A DNA stretch of 32,000 nt from Methanosphaera stadtmanae DSM 3091. Lineage in GTDB: Archaea > Methanobacteriota > Methanobacteria > Methanobacteriales > Methanobacteriaceae. Each line of letters opens with the position of its first letter. Within the stretch, counting starts at the first letter, position 1. Below, one piece after another: positions 17,733 through 25,327 of the stretch. Made by a program: the position numbers and the translations under genes. The DNA is taken from contig NC_007681.1 in assembly GCF_000012545.1 (NCBI RefSeq), positions 1,680,001-1,712,000 on the forward strand, given 5' to 3'. Below the pieces are notes generated by a model. It was not told the DNA's origin. It ran no database searches and was given only the letters and a program-made list of their open reading frames with translations.

Positions 17733-18878
17733 TTATTTAGTAAAAATTTTATCAAGAAGTCCTTTTTTAACATGAGATATTTCTTCTCCACTAACATCAG
17801 CAAACTCTTTAAGTACTTCTTTCTGTTTAGCAGATAATTTTTTAGGAACAACAACCTGCACTTTAACATACAAGTTTCCTTTTCCTGACCAGTTAAGACT
17901 CTTAATACCCTCTCCTCTTAATTTAAATGTACTTCCACTTTGTGTACCTGCTGGAATATTAAGAGAAGCTTCACCATCAATTGTTGGAACATCAACAGAA
18001 TCTCCTAAACATGCTTGCACATAACTTATTGGTAGATCATAGAATAAATCTTGGCCTTCTCTTCTAAATAGATCGTGTTTTAAAACTTTTATAGTTACAT
18101 ACAAATCTCCAGAAGGAGCACCCCTAATTCCATCATCACCTTCACCAGAAACACGTAGTTTTGTTCCAGTTTCCACACCAGCTGGTATGTTTATTGAAAT
18201 TTTATTGGTGGTTGTTTTTAATCCAGAACCATGACATTCTGTACATGGTTTTTCAACGTGTTGCCCTTCACCATTACATTGAGGACATTTAGAGACTGTT
18301 GCAAACTGTCCAAGTGGAGTGTTTTGTACTTGTTTTACTTGTCCAGCACCATTACATTGAGGACATGTTTTTACAGAAGACCCTGGTTCTGCACGAGTTC
18401 CATTACATTTTGGACATTTTTTCTTATGTCTAACATCTAAATCCTTAGATACACCACTAGCTACTTCTTCAAGTGTTAATTCTACTATTTGTGAAATATC
18501 CTGCCCTCTTCCAGAAGGACCAGATGATTCTCCACCAAATCCAAATAGGTCAAAAATACTTCCAAATCCACCTTGGGATCCACCACCAAATCCAAAACCA
18601 TTGAAAATATCTTCAAAGTTTATGTTGTTAAAGATATCTTCTTGACTGAATCCGTCCATACCTGCATGACCAAATTGATCATATCTTTTTCTTTTTTCAT
18701 CATCAGATAGTACACCATATGCTTCACTTAATTCTTTGAATTTTTCCTCAGCACCCTCCTCATGATTTACATCTGGGTGATATTTCATAGCCAATTTTCG
18801 ATAAGCTTTTTTAATTGTTTTCTTATCAGCGTTTTTATCTACACCTAATACTTCATAATAATCTCTCTTATCTGCCAT
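17733..18878 (-). CDS. dnaJ: Molecular chaperone DnaJ (type I Hsp40)
   Basis: J domain with KYHPDVN, a G/F-rich region, and four CxxCxGxG zinc motifs ([32 protein letters not shown]). Confidence 0.95.
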   Translation of the reverse strand: MADKRDYYEVLGVDKNADKKTIKKAYRKLAMKYHPDVNHEEGAEEKFKELSEAYGVLSDDEKRKRYDQFGHAGMDGFSQEDIFNNINFEDIFNGFGFGGGSQGGFGSIFDLFGFGGESSGPSGRGQDISQIVELTLEEVASGVSKDLDVRHKKKCPKCNGTRAEPGSSVKTCPQCNGAGQVKQVQNTPLGQFATVSKCPQCNGEGQHVEKPCTECHGSGLKTTTNKISINIPAGVETGTKLRVSGEGDDGIRGAPSGDLYVTIKVLKHDLFRREGQDLFYDLPISYVQACLGDSVDVPTIDGEASLNIPAGTQSGSTFKLRGEGIKSLNWSGKGNLYVKVQVVVPKKLSAKQKEVLKEFADVSGEEISHVKKGLLDKIFTK

Positions 18879-18909
18879 AGTATTGCCCCTTTCTATTAAA
18901 ATAATAAAT

Positions 18910-18945
18910 AAAAAAAAATAGTATAGGAAAAATCTTCCTATACTA
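18910..18945 (-). promoter_or_regulatory. Perfect 11-bp inverted repeat (TAGTATAGGAA-N5-TTCCTATACTA) followed on the minus strand by T9, 31 nt upstream of the dnaJ ATG
   Basis: Read directly: stems 18919-18929 and 18935-18945, loop 18930-18934, A9 on the plus strand at 18910-18918. It could be an intrinsic-terminator-like hairpin, a 5'-UTR structure or a dimeric-TF operator. Confidence 0.5.
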
Positions 18946-19068
18946 TACCCTTCTTTTTTACATCTTTAAGATTTAAAAAGAAATTATCCTTTCTTATAGC
19001 TAATTAATTTTAAGATAAATTTATTTATAAACGGTTATTAAATATTTTCTTTTAACTTAATTGATATA

Positions 19069-19100
19069 TAAAAAGAAATTGTTAAAGAAATCTTCAACAA
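19069..19100 (-). terminator. Putative dnaK terminator: imperfect hairpin TTGTTGAAG-ATTT-CTTTAACAA followed by a T-rich tract
   Basis: Starts 28 nt downstream of the dnaK stop on the minus strand. 9-bp stem with one mismatch, then TTTCTTTTTA. Confidence 0.35.
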
Positions 19101-19128
19101 TAATCCTTCAATCTATGTGTTAATTTAT

Positions 19129-20982
19129 TTATTTTTTTTCAAAGTCTGCATCGATTGTGTCATCATTATCAGATTGTGTTGAATCTGATTGATCTGCTTG
19201 TTGTTGAGCTTGTTGTTGAGCTTGTGCAGCTTGTTGATATATTTCTGCACCAATTTCTTGTATTGTTTTATCTAATGCATCAGATTTTTCTTTAATTAAG
19301 TCAATGTCATCTTTTTCTATTGCATCTTTAAGTTCTTGTTGTTGATCTTTTATGAGTGTTTGTTTATCTTCACCTAATTGATCTTTGAGTTCTTCTAAAG
19401 TTTTATCAGCAGTGTATACTAATGAATCTGCAGTATTTCTAATTTCAATTTCTTCTTGACGTTTTTTATCTTCTTCTGCATGAGCTTCTGCTTCTTTTAC
19501 TTTTTGTTCAATTTCTTCATCTGATAATTTGTTAGATGATGTGATTGTTATTTGTTGTTCTTTACCTGTACCTTTATCTTTTGCTGATACATTGATTATA
19601 CCATTTGCATCTATATCAAATGTTACTTCAATTTGTGGTGTTCCTCTAGGTGCTGATGGAATACCTACTAATTGGAATCTTCCAAGAGTAGTGTTATCAT
19701 TAGCCATTGGTCTTTCACCTTGTACTACGTGAATATCTACACTTGTTTGACCATCAGCTGCTGTTGTAAATATTTGACTTTTCTTAGTTGGAATTGTTGT
19801 GTTACGTTCAATAAGTTTTGTAGCTACTCCACCCATTGTTTCAATTCCTAAAGATAAAGGTGTTACATCAAGTAATACTAAGTCATCAATTTCTCCAGCT
19901 AATACTCCACCTTGAATAGATGCTCCTGATGCTACACATTCCATTGGGTCAATTCCTCTTTCTACTTTTTGACCTACAAAGTCTTCTACATATTGTTGGA
20001 TGGAAGGCATTCTTGTTGGTCCACCTACGAGAATTATTCTGTCAATTTCATTATTTTCTAATTTTGCATCATCAATTGCCTGTTTAATTGGAGCTCCACA
20101 TTTTTGAATAATTGGATCAACAATTTCTTCAAGTTTTGCTCTAGATAAACTCATATTTAAATGTAAAGGTCCTGCTTGTGTTGCTGTAATAAATGGTAAG
20201 TTTATATCTGTTGTTAATGTTGTGGACAATTCAATTTTTGCTTTTTCTGCTGCTTCTCTTAAACGTTGAGCTGCTTGATCATCATTTAATAAATCTACAC
20301 CATTTTCTTTTTTGAATTCTTCTGCTATGTATTTCATTAATGCAGTGTCCATATCAGTTCCACCAAGGTTAGTGTCTCCACTTGTGGATTTTACTTCGAA
20401 GATTCCTTCTCCAAATTCCATAATTGTTACATCAAGTGTACCTCCACCAAGGTCGAATACTAATATATTTACATCTTCTTCATCTGTTTTATCTAACCCA
20501 TATGCTAAACTTGCTGCTGTTGGTTCATTTACAAGTCTTAATACTTCTAAACCTGCAATTTTTCCTGCATCTTTTGTTGCTGTTCTTTGGTTATCATCAA
20601 AGTATGCTGGTACTGTAATTACAGCCTTTTTAACAGGTTCTCCTAAAAATGCTTCTGCATCTTTTTTAATTTTTTGAAGAATTAATGCTGAAATTTCTTG
20701 AGGAGTGTAATCTTTTCCTTTTATATTTACTGTATAGTTTGAACCCATATGTCTTTTAATTGCACTAATTGTGTTTTCTGGGTTTGTTACTGCTTGTCTT
20801 CTTGCAGGTTCTCCTACTAAAACTTCCCCATCATCTGAGAATGCTACATAACTTGGGAATGATTTACCATATTGAGTTGCTCCTTCTGCACTTGGTATGA
20901 TAGTTGGTTTTCCACCAATTAATGCAGCTGCTGCTGAGTTACTAGTTCCTAAGTCGATTCCTATTACTTTTTCTTCTGCCAT
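19129..20982 (-). CDS. dnaK: Molecular chaperone DnaK (Hsp70)
   Basis: [26 protein letters not shown], and a Q/A-rich C-terminal tail. The ORF opens at GTG 20991. ATG 20982 is preferred because AAGGTGAT lies immediately upstream. Confidence 0.97.
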   Translation of the reverse strand: MAEEKVIGIDLGTSNSAAAALIGGKPTIIPSAEGATQYGKSFPSYVAFSDDGEVLVGEPARRQAVTNPENTISAIKRHMGSNYTVNIKGKDYTPQEISALILQKIKKDAEAFLGEPVKKAVITVPAYFDDNQRTATKDAGKIAGLEVLRLVNEPTAASLAYGLDKTDEEDVNILVFDLGGGTLDVTIMEFGEGIFEVKSTSGDTNLGGTDMDTALMKYIAEEFKKENGVDLLNDDQAAQRLREAAEKAKIELSTTLTTDINLPFITATQAGPLHLNMSLSRAKLEEIVDPIIQKCGAPIKQAIDDAKLENNEIDRIILVGGPTRMPSIQQYVEDFVGQKVERGIDPMECVASGASIQGGVLAGEIDDLVLLDVTPLSLGIETMGGVATKLIERNTTIPTKKSQIFTTAADGQTSVDIHVVQGERPMANDNTTLGRFQLVGIPSAPRGTPQIEVTFDIDANGIINVSAKDKGTGKEQQITITSSNKLSDEEIEQKVKEAEAHAEEDKKRQEEIEIRNTADSLVYTADKTLEELKDQLGEDKQTLIKDQQQELKDAIEKDDIDLIKEKSDALDKTIQEIGAEIYQQAAQAQQQAQQQADQSDSTQSDNDDTIDADFEKK

Positions 20983-21046
20983 GTGTATCACCTTTATTTT
21001 TTTTAATAGTTATTTTATTATTGTAATTTAAATGAATAAATAATTT

Positions 21047-21568
21047 TTATTTTTTACATACTTTAACTTTTGAGTATCGTATGACTTTTGAATTTAATGT
21101 ATATCCTTTTTGTAGGTCTTGGATGATTTCATTATTCTCATAATCATCATTATCTTCAGTCATTAGAGCCTCATGTTTATATGGATCAAATTTCTGATTC
21201 TTTGTTTCTATTGGCTCTACTCCTTCATCTTCCAAGATTTTTGTGAGTTTTTTATAGATAAGCTCTACACCTTCTCTTAAGTTTTTATCTTCTTTAACTT
21301 CAAGAGCTCTTTCTAAATCCTCATATGCCTCCAGTACTTTAAGTATTAAGCCTTCATTGGCAAATTTGACAAATTCTTGTTTTTCTTTAATAGAACGTTT
21401 TTTGAAGTTTTCAAAGTCTGCATGTATTCTTTGTAGTTTATCTTTATATTGTTGTATTTCTTGTTCTTTTTCTTCAAGAAGTTCTTCTACTGATTTTTCT
21501 TGTTCTTCTTCCTTGTTGTTTTGTTCTATTTCTTCTGCTTCACTTTTTGTTTTTTCTTCTTCTGTCAT
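21047..21568 (-). CDS. grpE: Nucleotide exchange factor GrpE
   Basis: 173 aa. Acidic coiled-coil N-terminus, [12 protein letters not shown], and a C-terminal FDPYKHEAL motif. GGGTGA lies upstream of the ATG. Confidence 0.92.
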   Translation of the reverse strand: MTEEEKTKSEAEEIEQNNKEEEQEKSVEELLEEKEQEIQQYKDKLQRIHADFENFKKRSIKEKQEFVKFANEGLILKVLEAYEDLERALEVKEDKNLREGVELIYKKLTKILEDEGVEPIETKNQKFDPYKHEALMTEDNDDYENNEIIQDLQKGYTLNSKVIRYSKVKVCKK

Positions 21569-21624
21569 GTATTCACCCTTATTTAGTGTTAATACTTTTA
21601 TTATTTTTAAGGGCTTATTTATTA

Positions 21625-21642
21625 TAGTAACCCCAAGTTATA
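21625..21642. promoter_or_regulatory. Operator-like box 1: TAGTAAC-CCCAA-GTTATA
   Basis: Read directly. One of four same-orientation copies in the grpE/regulator spacer. Its core is the inverted repeat TAAC-N5-GTTA. Confidence 0.55.
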
Positions 21643-21669
21643 AAATATTTTCTTTTGCTAATTATAATT

Positions 21670-21687
21670 TAGTAACAAAATGTTATA
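21670..21687. promoter_or_regulatory. Operator-like box 2: TAGTAAC-AAAAT-GTTATA (preceded by TT)
   Basis: Read directly. Both 7- and 6-nt arms are identical to box 1. Confidence 0.55.
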
Positions 21688-21713
21688 TATACTTTTTGCA
21701 TTTTAATAACTTT

Positions 21714-21731
21714 TAGTTACAAAAGTATTTT
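21714..21731. promoter_or_regulatory. Operator-like box 3 (degenerate right arm): TAGTTAC-AAAAG-TATTTT
   Basis: Read directly. The left arm has one mismatch and the right arm is poorly conserved. Confidence 0.35.
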
Positions 21732-21780
21732 TCGATATTATTAAATAAATATGAAGTACTATATAAATGTTTGGATATTT

Positions 21781-21798
21781 TAGTAACCTTAGGTAATA
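21781..21798. promoter_or_regulatory. Operator-like box 4: TAGTAAC-CTTAG-GTAATA, flanked by TATA-like boxes at 21760-21767 and 21799-21810
   Basis: Read directly. It lies ~26 nt downstream of TATATAAA (21760-21767), on a predicted transcription start for the regulator gene. Confidence 0.5.
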
Positions 21799-21854
21799 TT
21801 TATATATTTACATGAATATAATAATAAGTAGGTAAAAAATAAGAAGATGATAAT

Positions 21855-22382
21855 ATGGATTTAGAAGCAGTACTTGATGTAATTGGCTGCAAAACAAGAC
21901 GAGATATATTAGCATTACTTACAGAAGAACCACGTTTTGTAAGTCAAATATCACAACAACTAAATATAGGCCAAAAAGCAATCATAGGTCACTTGAAAGC
22001 TATGGAAGATCTTGGACTTATAAACCCATCATACAAAAAAATAGAAAGGGGACGACCAAGAAAATATTATGAAATATCCCAAGATATAGAAATAAAAATA
22101 TTCATAAAACCAGACACTATCAATATGCACATGATGGGTGAGGAATTTACAGAATTATATAATATAGAAGAAAGATTATATATGGGAGATCATGAAGCAA
22201 TAGAAGACCTAAGAACCATAATAGGAAAATATAAAAATGCTCTAAGATATGCTGAAGAATTATTAAGTCAAGTTGAAAACCCTGAAAAACACAAAACAAA
22301 AACTATAATCACTGATATCACACAGACAAAAGCAATACCTGAAGTTAAAATAGACCAACTAAAAAATTTATATAACAAATAA
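21855..22382 (+). CDS. Winged-helix (ArsR-like) transcriptional regulator with a C-terminal helical domain; Phr/HSR1-like candidate heat-shock regulator
   Basis: 175 aa. N-terminal wHTH: LDVIGCKTRRDILALLTEEPRFVSQISQQLNIGQKAIIGHLKAMEDLGLI...RGRPRKYYEIS. The C-terminal ~80 aa are predicted helical. The gene is divergent from grpE. Confidence 0.65.
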   Translation: MDLEAVLDVIGCKTRRDILALLTEEPRFVSQISQQLNIGQKAIIGHLKAMEDLGLINPSYKKIERGRPRKYYEISQDIEIKIFIKPDTINMHMMGEEFTELYNIEERLYMGDHEAIEDLRTIIGKYKNALRYAEELLSQVENPEKHKTKTIITDITQTKAIPEVKIDQLKNLYNK

Positions 22383-22452
22383 AATATATTTTAATATTAT
22401 AAAGTATTATATTGATAAATGCTAAATAAAAAATAACTCTATAGGTGAAATA

Positions 22453-23286
22453 ATGGATAAAAAAATAATATTATCTATTGTAATAGTAGCCCTTATAGGA
22501 ATAGTAGCAGCTACCTATCAAATTAATATAAATGATAATTTATTAAATCCATTAGCTAGTATAGAACAAGAAGATTCACCAGTGACAGATGCACTTGCAG
22601 CACCTGCATCAACTGGAGATTCATCAAATAGCCTAGATAATGGACCTCAAAATGCACAACAACAAACAGGACAACAAGCTACTGACGCTTCTCAACAAGC
22701 AGGACAAAACAGTCAAAACAATAAAGATAACCAAGAAGGAACACAAAACAGTGCAACTAGTGGAAGTGCACTTATAAGTTCTGACTCACCCATACTTGTT
22801 ACTGAAAGCTCAAATAGCCAAGCAAATGGACAAAACCAAAATAATGGTGGACAAAGCAACCCAAATTCAAATAACAATCCAAGTAACAATCCTAATAATA
22901 ACCCAAATCCAACACCAACACCAAGCCCAAGCCCAAGTCCAACACCAAGTCCAACACCAAGTCCAACACCAAGTCCAAGTCCTGATACAACAATAACAAT
23001 TAAACAAGCTCTTACACATGTATTAAAAAATATAGATAGTTCTATAACAATAGATGAAAGTAGTGTTAGAACTCAAACTATAAACAATGAAGAATGGTAT
23101 GTATTTTCAGCTAAAAAAGAAGGTATATCCTTTAACTATTATGTATGTACAACCAAAGACGAAAATGGTAATATCAGAATGTATAATGATTTAGATAATG
23201 CTGGACCAAATGAAACACCAACTCCTGGAACTGATCTATCAGATGATCCTAACGGAGATACTGGTGACGACTACAACCAAACATAA
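22453..23286 (+). CDS. Membrane-anchored/secreted protein with a Q/N/S-rich low-complexity region, a (P-T/S)n linker and a small C-terminal globular domain (possibly PepSY-like)
   Basis: 277 aa. N-terminal TM (IILSIVIVALIGIVAATY), NPTPTPSPSPSPTPSPTPSPTPSPSP, then ITIKQALTHVLKNI...EEWYVFSAKKEG...DENGNI. Confidence 0.6.
   Translation: MDKKIILSIVIVALIGIVAATYQININDNLLNPLASIEQEDSPVTDALAAPASTGDSSNSLDNGPQNAQQQTGQQATDASQQAGQNSQNNKDNQEGTQNSATSGSALISSDSPILVTESSNSQANGQNQNNGGQSNPNSNNNPSNNPNNNPNPTPTPSPSPSPTPSPTPSPTPSPSPDTTITIKQALTHVLKNIDSSITIDESSVRTQTINNEEWYVFSAKKEGISFNYYVCTTKDENGNIRMYNDLDNAGPNETPTPGTDLSDDPNGDTGDDYNQT
22939..22974 (+). repeat. Three perfect tandem copies of the 12-nt unit CCAACACCAAGT, inside a longer CCA-ASM-rich tract (22909-22983) encoding the PT/PS linker
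   Basis: Read directly. In-frame with the CDS. Confidence 0.85.
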
Positions 23287-23348
23287 AAATAATTCATAGG
23301 TAGATGCTTAAATTTCTAAAAGGATTTATTAAGACAATATTATTTATT

Positions 23349-23386
23349 TTTGAGATTAAGTAAAATCTCAAATTATACTTTTTTTA
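23349..23386 (+). terminator. Hairpin TTTGAGATT-AAGTAA-AATCTCAAA followed by a T7 tract
   Basis: Read directly. 9-bp perfect stem ~60 nt downstream of the 22453-23286 stop. Confidence 0.4.
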
Positions 23387-23530
23387 TAATTAATTTTTAA
23401 TTAATTTACTTTTTAAATACTAATAACCAAAATATAAATAGTAAAGAAATCATATAATAATATAAGCTTAAGTACTAAAATGTACTTTTTAAGGAACGAA
23501 TTATTAAATAAAAAAAACAGGGGTAAAAAC

Positions 23531-23620
23531 ATGGATTTTGTAACAATTGTAAGTTTCATTGTTGTAGGAATGGTTGTTATAACATTAATCGGACAAGCAA
23601 TGGGTAGTTCAATAGAATAA
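23531..23620 (+). CDS. Candidate 29-aa hydrophobic micro-protein (MDFVTIVSFIVVGMVVITLIGQAMGSSIE)
   Basis: Below the ORF-track cut-off. AGGGGT lies 7 nt upstream of the ATG. It forms a single TM-length hydrophobic helix in an otherwise empty 480-bp spacer. Confidence 0.3.
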   Translation: MDFVTIVSFIVVGMVVITLIGQAMGSSIE

Positions 23621-23772
23621 AAATATAAATACTTTTTTTCTAAAATATTTTTTTAAAGAAGTTTATGCTTGCATTTATTATTCATAGCATAAAAACTTAT
23701 AAGTTATTAAATTATAACTAACTAAGTTATAAAAATTAGATATCATAACCAAAAATTAATGAAAAATAAATA

Positions 23773-23847
23773 CGGATTTGGAGGGATTTGAACCCTCGGT
23801 CTCCAGATTAGGAGTCTGGTGCCCTATCCAGACTAGGCTACAAACCC
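23773..23847 (-). tRNA. tRNA-Arg: tRNA-Arg (anticodon CCT)
   Basis: Hand-folded 75 nt: GGGTTTG-TA-GCCT-AGTCTGGATA-GGGC-A-CCAGA-CTCCTAA-TCTGG-AGACC-GAGGG-TTCAAAT-CCCTC-CAAATCC-G. Confidence 0.92.
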
Positions 23848-23906
23848 ATATATAATAAAATCACGAGAAAATCAATTAAAAATAGTTTTTATAGTATAAA
23901 AGATAG

Positions 23907-23981
23907 CGGACCTGGGGGGATTTGAACCCCCGGCCTTTGGATTAGAAGTCCAACGCCCTATCCAGTCTAGGCTACAGGCCC
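23907..23981 (-). tRNA. tRNA-Arg: tRNA-Arg (anticodon TCT)
   Basis: Hand-folded 75 nt: GGGCCTG-TA-GCCT-AGACTGGATA-GGGC-G-TTGGA-CTTCTAA-TCCAA-AGGCC-GGGGG-TTCAAAT-CCCCC-CAGGTCC-G. Confidence 0.92.
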
Positions 23982-24138
23982 ATATATTAATACATATACT
24001 ACTATTATTAGTTTCTATAGTTTATCCTTTTTATACTTTACTATTTTAAAATAAAAATAAAAACAAAATATAAAACAAAACTGTATTCTATTCAATTTAT
24101 TTTAAAAAAAAGATAAAAAAATAATATGAATTAATTAA

Positions 24139-25296
24139 TTAATTATAATTAACCTCACCATACTGTCCTCCACGACCAGGAATTACATCTAGAGTGTTAT
24201 CTCTATATGATTTAATAACATTAGCTAACAACATATCGACAGTGGCTATTTTTTCTATAGGAGTATTAAGTAAAACATCAATCTCATTTCCAAATAAATC
24301 TAACAATCTATCATATCTTGTTTGAACATACTTCGTAGTAACACCCTTATCATGCACAGTACTTAATAACTCAGCAAGAGGTAATAAATACTGATAATGT
24401 GGACGATGACTTGGATGATGAGGTTTATCAAACGATGCTAACTCTTGTATTCTACCTTTTACTCCCTTCTTTATTCTTCCACCACAGGAACATTTCATAT
24501 CACATTCAACTGCATCATGGATATTATATATTCTATGACAGTCAATACATCCAGTTTCATGATATTTACCCATACGAGGATCAAAACCATAATTCTCAAT
24601 TATATCATTATTTTTTATTGAAAAACATAACGACTTAAATGATAAATCCTTAAGTTCCATTCTATTAAATTCCCTACCTATTCTATGAGGCCATGGTGAA
24701 TGTGAATCAGAATTTGTTAAAAATGTATAATCTGCTAATTCCTTTATTGTATCAGCCAAATCAGAATCACTAGATAAACCTAATTCTACAAAGTCAGGTT
24801 GTTGACCATAACAATCAGTAACTGAATCATAGGATTTATATAAACCAGTCCATGGTGTAAAAATATGAGCAGGACCAATAATACAATTATAATCTCTGGC
24901 AATATCCATAATTTCTGCACCATTCATACGAATTCTTGGTCTTCCATCAGCATCCATATTCTTAACAGTAAATTCATCCCTCATATTCCATGCTACTTCA
25001 ATAGATGGAATTATAATTAAATGATGTATCCTCTGATTATCTTCTACTTCAGTAGTAGTTATAAATTTAGTATTGTTAGTTTCAATAGTATCATTTGTTT
25101 TGTAAATTCCAGTATTATCAATTTCCACTAATGAATCTTCTAATTCATTCAACCATCCAGAATGGAATGCATCACCTGTAGCCACAAGATCTAAACCCTT
25201 TTTAACAGATTCAAGAGCCATTGTTTCTGGATCCATATTTTTAGAAGTTGCCATTGAATATTTACTATGAACATGTAAATCTGCATTAATTATCAT
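24139..25296 (-). CDS. endoQ: Endonuclease Q (EndoQ; PHP-domain, Zn-finger endonuclease for deaminated bases)
   Basis: MIINADLHVHSKYS (PHP), GPAHIFTPWTGLYKSY, LGLSSDSDLAD, LTNSDSHSPWPHRIGREFN, GKYHETGC...C-x-C...GVKGRI, PGRGGQYGEV. The order and wording match Pyrococcus EndoQ as I recall it. The longer ORF (to 25353) would overlap the upstream stop. ATG 25296 gives the canonical N-terminus, and 25305 is an alternative. Confidence 0.8.
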   Translation of the reverse strand: MIINADLHVHSKYSMATSKNMDPETMALESVKKGLDLVATGDAFHSGWLNELEDSLVEIDNTGIYKTNDTIETNNTKFITTTEVEDNQRIHHLIIIPSIEVAWNMRDEFTVKNMDADGRPRIRMNGAEIMDIARDYNCIIGPAHIFTPWTGLYKSYDSVTDCYGQQPDFVELGLSSDSDLADTIKELADYTFLTNSDSHSPWPHRIGREFNRMELKDLSFKSLCFSIKNNDIIENYGFDPRMGKYHETGCIDCHRIYNIHDAVECDMKCSCGGRIKKGVKGRIQELASFDKPHHPSHRPHYQYLLPLAELLSTVHDKGVTTKYVQTRYDRLLDLFGNEIDVLLNTPIEKIATVDMLLANVIKSYRDNTLDVIPGRGGQYGEVNYN

Positions 25297-25327
25297 AAAT
25301 ATCATCAAAAAATAGTTAAAAGAGAAT

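Noticed and set aside
18919-18945. dnaJ-upstream palindrome as a fifth copy of the grpE-spacer operator box (it also begins with TAGTA)
   Set aside because: Beyond the first five bases it does not match. There is no AAC-N5-GTT core, and the arm length and spacing differ. I treat it as a separate element.
14529-24638. Antisense/alternative-frame ORFs 14529-14768, 14605-14820, 16111-16377, 18231-18440, 19529-19732, 20312-20677, 20424-20618, 21357-21716, 22796-22996 and 24399-24638
   Set aside because: They overlap dnaK, dnaJ, grpE, the PurM-like gene, the CDP-alcohol transferase, EndoQ or the PT-repeat gene, where the other frame or strand carries diagnostic motifs. 22796-22996 is simply the Q/H-rich alternative frame of the repeat tract.
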